A DNA stretch of 64,000 nt from positions 18,042,001-18,106,000 of the forward strand of contig NC_092355.1 of the NCBI RefSeq assembly GCF_963676685.1. The letters are read 5' to 3'. The first letter of the stretch is position 1. The number at the start of each line of letters is the position of its first letter. Of this stretch, positions 40,560 through 51,100 are shown piece after piece. The translations under genes and the position numbers were made by a program. Source of the DNA: Mytilus edulis (taxonomy: Eukaryota). The notes under the pieces are model-generated. The model saw nothing but the letters and a program-made list of their open reading frames with translations, was not told where the DNA came from and ran no database searches.

Positions 40560-41105
40560 TATGTTGCTAAAATCCAACTTAGTGTAATTTTCAAATTTTA
40601 AAACAACTGTTGCTAACATCAAACTTTCTGTAATTTTCAAGTTTTGAAAATTTGTTGCTAACATCAAACATTCTGTTGCTAACATCGAACTTTCTGTAAT
40701 TTTCAAATTTTAAAACAATTGTTGCTAACATCAAACAGTCTGTAATTTTCAAAATTTGAAAATTTTTTGATAACATCAAACTTTCTTTAATTTTCAAATT
40801 TTGAAAATTTGTTGCTAACATCAAACTTTCTGTAATTTTCAAATTTTGAAAATTTGCTGCTAACATCAAACCGTCTGTAATTTTTAAATTTTAAAACAAA
40901 TTTTGCTATCATTAAACTTTCTTTAATTTTTAAATTTCGAAAAATTTGTTGCTAACATCAAACAGTCTGTAATTTTCAAATTTTAAAACGAATGTTGCTT
41001 ATATCAAAGTTTTTGTAATTTTCAAATTTTGAAAATTTGTTGCTAACATCAAACTTTTTGTAATCATCTTATTTTGAAAATTTTTGTTGCTATCATCCAA
41101 CTCTG
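40560..41105. repeat. Minisatellite, ~45-bp unit with internal palindrome
   Basis: aattttcaaattttgaaaatttgttgctaacatcaaactttctgt about 12 times. Confidence 0.9.
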
Positions 41106-42926
41106 TACTTTCTTCTTTCTTCATCTATACCTTGTCATTGTTCCATATTGTTTAACTTGACCTTTAGCCAATCAGATTGTTTGAAATTTTTTATTTTATT
41201 TGTTTTATCATTTCTCATGGAAAAATATCAAGTTTATGGTGCTTTTGTAGAAGAGAAAGATAGGTGTTTTACAACTCAAGTCATGTTTGAATTAGAATAA
41301 AGTAAAAACAAAAATTAAAGTATATGGTGGCATATAGCTATAAAAGTAATGAAAAAAATATGTCATGAAATTATTTTTTGGTAATAACCAAGAAGTTGTT
41401 TTTTTGTTTCATACTAAGGTAAATAAAAAATAACTATAAATTGGAAAAAGGCTTTGAAAAGTAATATTTTTTTCATAAGGAAAATGGCAGAGGTCAAGTT
41501 AACAATATTTCATTATCTTATGTGTATTTCTTTTCATTAATGTTCTTTTCCATATCAATTTTCCATATTTTATTTTATTTCTGAATCAACAAGACCCTTG
41601 ATTACCTTTGAATTTATATACTAATGAAAAAGAAAATATGTTGAATTAACAAATATTTGGTAAGGCCCAGTTAATTTAACTAGAATACTCTTATACATCC
41701 ACCATTAACCCATTGGGTCTTTTTTTAGGGGGACTTTGGATGATAAAGTTCTGATTATTTTCATTTAGGGAAAAAAGGGGGAAACTTGAGAAGAATAAAA
41801 ACAAAACAAACATTTCAGGACTAACTAATATTGGTTGGGATTTTTTAATAGTAAATTATTATGCCTTTTAAAAATTTATCTATGGATTCAATCTGTGTCT
41901 ATATGTAATCACTAACATGTTTCAAATCCCAAGGTACTGAAATTTTGGCAAAAGGCATAACTCTATATTTTCTATTTGGTGTATAAATTATATTTCTTAT
42001 TACCCAGAGTCCTTCAAAATTGGAAAAAGGAAATTTTGACACATGTTCCTTATATATTTTATAATTTCTTCATTGTAATTTTTTTTTTTTTACTTTATCA
42101 CATTCATTCTTATATTAATGCATTTCATCTAATAAATCATTTCATGTTCTCTTCTGTCTTCCATATCTTTTCTTGTCAACTTTGACACAACTTTGCATAT
42201 GTCATGCAGGTTGAATTCTTTCTTTTTTAAACTTACCTTCTTCTGATAAATATTTCACCCATTTCAGTGATGCAACACGTCTTCTAAAGTTTAAACCTGG
42301 TCAGCCATTTCAGTGCACATAATATGTGTTAGGTCATTTGTAGACCACAAGTTTGAGTGGTAAAGTAAACATAATTGTTTTTTGTTCATTATTTGTACAT
42401 AAATCAGGCTGTTGATTTTCTTGTTTGAATTGTTTTTCGTTTGTCATTTCTGGGTCTTTTATAGCTGACTATGTGGTATGGGTTTTGCTCATTGTTGAAG
42501 GGTGTAATGTGATTTATATTTGTTAGTTTCTGTTTCATTTCGTCTCTTGTGGAAAGTTGTCTCATTGGCAATTTTTATAATACATGTATCAGGAATAATA
42601 CAAATTATTTAACAGAACAACAAAACACACAAACACCCAACTCCACCAAAAAGTAAACATACATGGTGACCTTCTGCTGTTGTCTGTTCTATGGTTGGGT
42701 TATTGTCTCTTTGACACATTCCCCATTTCCATTCTCAATTGTATACAAACATAGGCTAGCAACAACAACAAATAACTTGCAGTTCAAATAGCCTGATTTG
42801 GAATAGGTACAACATTATGGTTTGGTTGAACCAGTTTTGTGTACACACTAATCTTTGTATGTTAAAAAGGTTTGTCAGTTACATAAAAAAAATGTGTCAG
42901 GTGAACTTTGATATTTTTTAGTTTAA

Positions 42927-43196
42927 GGTGGTACCTAACACTACAGGGAGATAACTCTGTAAAATCAGATAAACGTTTTAATTACGTTGTGTTGTTAAGG
43001 GAATATTAAGCTTCTCAGTGATCCAAATAAGTTTTTGTCAAACTGCTATATAACCAGTGTAATTTTTCCGATAAAACGGTTGGTTCAAATTTTTTGAAAT
43101 TTTTATATTTTTGTAAAAGGGTCAAAGTAAATACTTTGTCAAAATTTTAAGAAACGAGCCAAATTAATTTTAGTTAATTTAGTGTTGGGTACCACC
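42927..43196 (+). mobile_element. TTAA-flanked MITE (Kolobok-like), copy 3
   Basis: Same TIR and TTAA flanks as 4844-5116. A partial fourth copy lies at ~59491-59553. Confidence 0.85.
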
Positions 43197-43483
43197 TTAA
43201 ATATTAACAGTGATTGATGGTTTACCCAGGATAATCTGGTGTATGGTTAGCCATGATATTATACAAGTATTCAGAAAGTAACTGGCAGAAGAAACCAAAG
43301 AGACAACCAAAACTCTTGTTTTACAAAAACCAACAATACCACTGCAAAATAGGAAATAAAAAATCAGACAGACAACATCAATGAATATTATACAAAACAC
43401 AACTTTCCAAAATCTTCATTTATGGATATTATGAAATGAAATGAATGCATGGTTCTTTCCTATGTCACTTTGTTTCTTTACAG

Positions 43484-43699
43484 GCCTCTTTGGCCGAGTG
43501 GTGTAAGAAGGTTATCTATAGCTTGGCTTCGATCTCTTCTTTACAGGCCTCTTTGGCCGAGTGGTATAAGAAGGTTATCTATAGCTTGGCTTCGATCTCT
43601 TCTTTACAGGCCTCTTTGGCCGAGTGGTATAAGAAGGTTATCTATAGCTTGGCTTGGATCTCTTCTTTACAGGCCTCTTTGGCCGAGTGGTATAAGAAG
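43484..43699 (+). repeat. Four near-identical 63-bp tandem units, each carrying a candidate 27-nt microexon (ASLAEW[C/Y]KK)
   Basis: Unit = ttctttacag|GCCTCTTTGGCCGAGTGGTATAAGAAG|gttatc. Candidate exons at 43484, 43547, 43610 and 43673. The tandem repeat is certain; exon use is inferred. Confidence 0.6.
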
Positions 43700-44095
43700 G
43701 TTATCTATAGCTTGGCTTCGATCTCAATTGACTAATCATCTACTTCCAAAAAATTACATTAACCTGTATTTGTTACTCTTGGTCTTTCCAGTGCTTAACT
43801 TTGCCTAGCATTACACATTATTTTGTTCATTTGAATGTTCCTGGCGGTTGTTTCAGTTTTGAACTCTTGCCACAAGCTTACACATCCTGTTCATTTATTT
43901 GTATTGGCCTTAGCCATCACCTCAATTCTTAATTTAGCTAATACCTATTTTTGTCTTTCTTTCTTTTCCAATTATATCAGATTTCTATCATAATCTCTTT
44001 TCCTGTAACCATGACATTACTGTTTGCATGAATGTTCCAGTTTCTGCTTTCATCATCTTTGTTTGACATCTTTACAAATGCTGACTTCTGCTGGG

Positions 44096-44264
44096 ATTCA
44101 CCTTTTCAGAATCTAATGCATTCTGGGTAATATTTTCAAAAGTATATCAAAACAATATGATTGGTCAAAATCATCATAAACAATGGAAATTCAACCAATT
44201 ACATGACTTTCTGATCTGAACAATGACATTACCCATAATCCTTTTAGATTCTGAAAGAGTGAAT
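44096..44264. mobile_element. Small palindromic MITE (second copy at ~56447-56621)
   Basis: attcaccttttcagaatctaa...tgggtaat / attaccca...ttagattctgaaa.gagtgaat. Confidence 0.7.
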
Positions 44265-45121
44265 TTTATTCAATAATGATATATTTTCAACAAGGGTGAG
44301 TAGACTTATCAACAAAACGTCTCATTTATCTTAAATCAATGTTTTATATTTATGGATCATGAAAAATTAAATAAGATATTAAAAATTTCATGTAAAAAAC
44401 AGGACATACGTAGCCATGACCAAAAGATAAAAAACATGACATGAAAAGACAAACAGTCATACCACATCTTCTTTTTTTATAAGTATAGTGAACAAAGCAC
44501 TAAAAACACAAGATTGAGCAACATATACAACAAACCTCAACTAAAAGAAACACTGCCTCTGATATCAAATAAAAATATCCTCTTAAAATATTAAGTTTGG
44601 AAATCATTTTACAGATATGGTGAAAAAACTGAATGGAGGTATAAAAAAAACACTATATCATTTAAACCGAAAACACACACTCATTGGCAATATGATATTA
44701 TGAAAATTGTTAAAACTGGTTTTCACTGAAGACAGATATTGTATATCAGGTCATTTTCTTGTAGGCTTTATTTTTTTTTCTCTATAAAACAAGCAAGTTA
44801 TCTGCGCTTATATCTAATTAATAATTATCTAAAGTTCTTATTTAATTTTCCTTTGAAATGTTAAAATCAAAATCCTGTCCAATCTTATTGAGTTGAAATG
44901 CTCAAGAAAATAGCTGATATATAGTATTTACCACATGTGTATTTGGATATGGGATTACACATTTGAATATACAGTAATTGCAAATCACATTCAGATATTG
45001 CTTCAGCATACACTGTTTACTGCAAGTGGTTTTTTAAATCTATAATTTTATCAATTACATCTCTGTATAGGTAAGTGTCTGTTTTTGACATTGCTGTTAA
45101 ATATACATTCTTTTTCCAAAG

Positions 45122-48100
45122 GCTGCAACAAAAATACAGGCCAACTACAGAGGTCACCAGGCCAGAAAAGAGGTCAACGACTTAAAGACAAAGAAGGAAA
45201 CAGATGAAAAAAAGAAGAAAGAAGATGAGCTGAGAGCCAAAGCAGCCAAAGAGGAAAATCAAGCTGCAACAAAGATTCAGGCAGGTTTCCGCGGCCATCA
45301 GGCTCGCAAGGAAATCAACCAGAAAAAACAGGTACGTGATGTGAAAAATACAAAAGAAGACGCAGCTGCAATTAAAATTCAATCGAGTTATCGTGGTCAC
45401 AAAGCTCGAAAAGAAATTGCAGATAAAAAGGTAAAAAGAACAGAGAAGAATACAGAAGAAGAAGTTGCTGTTACGAAAATCCAGGCAGGATTCCGCGGAC
45501 ACAAAGCTCGGCAGGAAATAAATCAAAAGAAACAGCAAAGGACAGAAACGAAAAATGAAGAGGAGAAAGCTGCGACTAAAATACAAGCAGGATTCCGTGG
45601 AAATCAAGCGAGGAAAGAAATAGATCTAAAAAAGAAAGAAAAAGTAAAAAATGAAGAAGAAGAAAAAGCTGCAACAAAAATACAAGCTGGTTTCAGAGGA
45701 CACCAAGCAAGAAAAGAAGTGAAAAAGAAAAAGGTATTTTGTGATAATCATGATAAACAGTTGTCTAACAATTTACTTAATGTAGATGATCTTGCTGAAA
45801 ATGGTGAATTTAATGAACAAAGTGAAAGTACAAAATCTGTTAAAATATTAGCTCAAATAGAAAGTACAAATTCTCCTTCAATTTTAGATAAAAGTGAAAG
45901 TACAAAATCTCCCTCAAGGCTATCAAAAAGTGAAAGAACTAAATCTCATTTAAGTTTTTCAAAAAGCAATCTTTCAAGTCACAATGTTAATGATCAAATA
46001 GCTCCTTTAGATTCAAGTATGTCAAAAACTGTGTCTAACATATCCCAGAAAAGTAAACGTAGTAGAGGTGGAACACATGTTGATTTAAGGGAGAGTGAAG
46101 GGATTGGGACCAGTGTTGATTCATTTAGTCCAAAGGGGTACCAGTCTGATAGGGAAACTGTAAACAAAGAAGAGACTAAAGTTAGTGATGATATTAACCT
46201 TATAGAAAATCAAACTGAGGCTCAAAATGAGAGTTGTGATAAGACACTAAAAAAGGAAAATAGTCAAGGTAGCAATATTGTAGGATGTTCACTACAATCA
46301 TCTGAAAGCACAGTAGATTCTCATTGTGATGAAGTTAAACTTGATGGTAAGAATTCAATGGAAAATTTAACACTGTCACAGGAAAATAGTCAAAATTTAA
46401 GATTACCCATGGAATCAAGACAAAATGTAATATTTCCCAAGGAAAATAGTCAAAATTTAACATTGCCCAAGGAAAATAGTCAAAATTTAACATTGTCCAA
46501 GGAAAACAGTCAAAATTTAACATTGCCCAAGGAAAATAGTCAAAAATTAACATTGTCCAAGGAAAATAGTCAAAATTTAACAATGTCCAAAGAAAATAGT
46601 AAAATTTTAACAATATCTAAGGAAAAGAGTCAAGATATAACATTGTCCAAGGAAAATAGTCAAACACTGATATTGTCAAAAGAAAATAGTAAACATTTAT
46701 CAAAGTCAAAGGAAGAGAGTGTACCTTTGATGTTACCCAAGCAAAATAGCCAAATTGTAATATCGCATAAGGAAAACAAACCAGACTTAAAACTACCTAA
46801 ACTGCTATCATGTAAAGCTGTCACGTTTGTTGATGATAAAAAAATGCACATCAAAAGGTCTTCATTCAATTTAGACCCTTTAATACCAGCAAATATAGAA
46901 GATATAAAACTTGCTCTTAGACGTTCAAAAACTTTTGGTAAAATGAGTGACTTGAGAATACAGAATTTAGAAGTTTTGAATAATTCAAGATTGCCTATAG
47001 TTATTTTACCCAAATCTTTGTCTTTTGCTGAGGACAGTTTAAAATGTGACAAGCTCGGGACAATTGAGAAAACAGACAATGGCAACTTAGACTCAAGTCG
47101 GTGTAAGAGTGCTGAAGCAATTCCAGCTTTCCTTGGGTCTATGATCAAGCATCATACTTTTCCAGAAATGTTGGAATCCGATATGGAAAAGATGTTTCCT
47201 ATTTTCGTTGCTAGGTCTAAACGTCATAAAAGTTTTCCATATTTTGAAGTTAGAAAATCTGACAATTCAAACATGGAAGGGCTAAGGTCTGCCACTGACA
47301 GCCAGGCTAGTGAACCACTTGACGGGGACGACTTTATTGATACTGACTTACATACACGATCCCCAGGGGATGGGGAGAGTCTGACAGTCAATTTTGAATA
47401 TGATAATAGTGGTAGAATGGAGGTTGATAGTCGGTGTGGAAAATTATCAAACTTAGGCCACTTGGGTAGTTTTGGGGACTCTGATACTCTAGATACTGAA
47501 TCTATCTTGAAAACAAGCAGAACTGGTACCTTTGATGAAAGTGTTGAAATTGATTGGAAAAAGAAAGATACCAGTTTATTGAGAGAAATTGAAGATGAAA
47601 GTATAGAGTTAGAATTGATTAAAATAAAACACTCGGCCACTACATATCTTCAGGCAGGGGTCAAAGGTCATTTGTCTAGGTCTTATGCTGTTCAGAAAAT
47701 GAAATTTCAGAATAATTCTGACGAAGTGACTGTTCTCCAAGCAGCAGTTAGGGGTATGATTTTACGTAAGCATCTTGAATTTCATACTTTTGATGATGAC
47801 ACAGAGGTTGAAGCAATTTGTCAGAATGATGCTGCAGTCAAAATTCAAGCCGTGTTTAGAGGTTATAGGGTTAGGAAAATGGATAAGGTCAGAATTCAAG
47901 ACAAAAAGCTCCATGTGAAAAAACAGGTAACTTTTGGTTCAGTTTCAAGAATTGAAATAATAAATGGGGAATGTAAAAGAGATCTGACAGTTATAGGAAA
48001 AGAAATTGAAGATGAAGACTCTGTGATAAAAAAAATCAATGAAGACTTTGAAGGCACTAAAACAATCCCAGATGACAAAGAAAAACAAACACCAATTTCA

Positions 48101-51100
48101 ATTGAAAATACAACAGCAACACAAATTCAAATAGCATACAGAAAGCATAAGAAAACAAAAACAGAACAAAAACTTAGTTTTATTGAAAATGCAGCAGCAA
48201 CGAAAATTCAAAATGCATACAAAAAGCATAAAGGGAACAAAACTGAACCAAAACCAAGTCTAATTGAAAATGCAGCGGCAACGAAAATCCAAATTGCATA
48301 CAAAAAGCATAAGCAGTACCAAACAAAACGAGAACTTAGTTTAAATCAAAATGCAGCTGCAGCTAAGATTCAGAAAGCATACAAAAGCCACAAAAGGAAC
48401 AAAACTGAAAATAAAGCAGCAACCAAAATTCAAAATGCATACAAAAAGCATAAACAAAACACAACTGAACCAAAACGAAGTTTGATTGAAAATGCAGCAG
48501 CAACCAAAATTCAAAATGCATATAGAAAGTATACACTGAACAAAACTGAACAACAATATGTAGTCTGTACCATTATACAAGCTTCTTGCCATGCCTACTT
48601 AAGTAGAAAGAAGGGATTTGATTGGCTTAAACAAAATGAAAAATCAGATGACACATTAGCAATTATTAGGAAAAACTTTAAATCAAAACATCTTTGTAAA
48701 CAAGAAAGTGAAAATTGGGAAAAGGAAGTTATTGACTCAGCTGTGACTGATGTACAAAATGTACACAGCAAGCAACTAAAAACAGAAGATCAGTCTTTAT
48801 ACAAATCCAAAGCAGCAGTTATTATTCAGAAACACTTCAGGGGCTTTCATATCAGGAAGGGCTATGTTAAACAGAGGGAAAGGGCAGATTGGGCTTCAAG
48901 GATAATTCAGAGAGCTTTCAAACAGTTGATTCTTAAAAAAGAACTAGAAAGAAAGGAGAAAGCAGCAACTGTGATTCAATCAAAATATAAGGGTTTTATA
49001 GCAAGAAAGCAATACAGAAAACAAAAAGAAAAGAAAGAAAAGGCAAAAGTTTTGATTCTGAAATCTTTGAAAGCTTGGTTAGTATTTAAGAAACATGTGA
49101 AAAAGACTGAAGCAGTTACTGCTCTTTCTGCAAGTGTAAGAGGTAAAATTTCACGTTTAAATCACAGGACAAAAATGGATGAACAAAAGGCAGCTAAAGT
49201 CATTCAAACAGCATTTAAAAAATATAGGTCCAACTTAGAAATGATTAAACATGATTTAAATGTAGAGGCTATTGATGTGGTTGGTTTGATTATTGGTTCT
49301 TCGTACAGTTGTTACGAAAGGCAAGTGGAACATGAAATTGAGGTCAGAGATTCTGCTGCTGTGGTAATTCAGTCCCATTTCAAAGGTTATAGGTCGAGGG
49401 TCAAATATCAACATATGAAAAGAGAAGCTGCTGCTATTGTTATTCAGTCACAGTATAAGGGTCATAGGTCAAGGGTGAATTACAAACATATTAAAAGTGA
49501 ATCTGCTGCCATGGTAATTCAGTCAAAGGTTGAATGTGAAATCAAGCAGAAGGCTGCAATTTTAATTCAGTCCCAATTCAGAGGGTTCAGGTCAAGGGTC
49601 AAGGTCACAAAAAAGAAGCTTGAAAATTCTGCTACAGTCCTCCAGGCTGCATTTAGAGGAAAGCTATGTAGAGAACAAATAAGTAAGGATGAAAAATTCC
49701 TAGCAAAAGCATGTAAAGTCTCTAAAGACCAGCATCATTCTGCTGTGAAGGTTAATTTTACAAAGTCAAAAAATAAACCACAACTTACAGAAAAAAGGTT
49801 AAATGCAGCAATAACAACACTTCAGGCTGCGTACGCAGCACACCAGACTCGCGTACAATACAAAAAACAATTCAGAGAGATCAACCCAGATAGCGCTCGT
49901 TATTTGATTTCAGCACTAGAAGGTGTCTTATCACAACAGAATGATACATGTAACATTTCAATTGATTTAGAGGATAAAAAGGGGGAACATTGTAGAAATA
50001 GTGTAAGTGTTTCAAGTTCATTAGAATCTGGTTTTGTGACTGGTCGAAGTGAATCTAAGGAGGCTGAAGGTTTGTCAGATTTTAAAATTGTGCCATATCC
50101 CTTTGAGGACAAGGCTGAGGTTGATAACCTACATGATAATCCAGATTCCAAACTGTCATCTGCTAAGCTACCAATATTTGATTCAGCAAGTGTGACTTTA
50201 AGTTCTGAAACCAAATCAAAGCTAAAAAGTCCTAGAAGTAATGATAGGTCCAATCACATGTCCAGCAAACCTGTTTATAAAGTGGCTAAGTCATTTACTA
50301 GAAGTATTGATAAATTAAGTGTAATTAAAGAAGAAAACCCACCTCCCAAAAGAGAAATAGTGAGTGAGAGTAGTAAACATGACCTTGAAAATGAAACTAA
50401 ATTGTCTACAGAAAACACTGACAAGCAAATAAGTAAAGAAAATAAACAAGAATGTGAAAATCAAAATACAAATGAGAATGAAAAATCAGTTTCTCTAGAT
50501 TTGGAGCTGCTAAAAATTGAACAAGATGTTACTATCTCAACTGATACAGTTGATACAGGTATCAATAAACAAAATCAAAGTGAAGTAAGTCAGAATGAAG
50601 TTAAACCAAATAAAAGTGCACATGAAGCTGCAGTTGTCATACAAGCTTCATATAAAGCTCATAGGGCAAATATTGAAAAGGAAAAATTAGAAATTCCCAA
50701 TACAATTATTATTTTAAAAAATCAGCAAAATAAAAATTCAATGTTTAGTGTTGATTCAATTGAGTATTACATACACAGTCACTTGCAAGCAACTGTTCGA
50801 GGATATTTAAGTAGGGTGGGTCTTGTTAATTATGGGGCATTAAATTATCGTCCTTCTGTAAAATCTAAGCAAAAAGAAACTATATGGTTCGTTTCCAAAC
50901 TTAACTCAATTCAAAATGGTGGTGGTAGAATTCATAAGGTTAAGGATAGGGATAGAAATAACAAATACTTCAATGAATTTCAGACAAAACGATTGGACGG
51001 AAAAACAGAAGCTATAACTGCCATACAGGCTGCAGCTCGGGGTTTCTTAGTTCGTAGACGAATAGAGAAGCGTGAAAACACTAGACAGTTACTGACTCTT

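Noticed and set aside
43476-43722. CRISPR-like array
   Set aside because: No unique spacers, eukaryotic context, no cas genes. The same applies to the arrays at 34110 and 40560.
45182-50253. Minus-strand ORFs inside the giant exon
   Set aside because: Antisense shadows of a long coding sequence.
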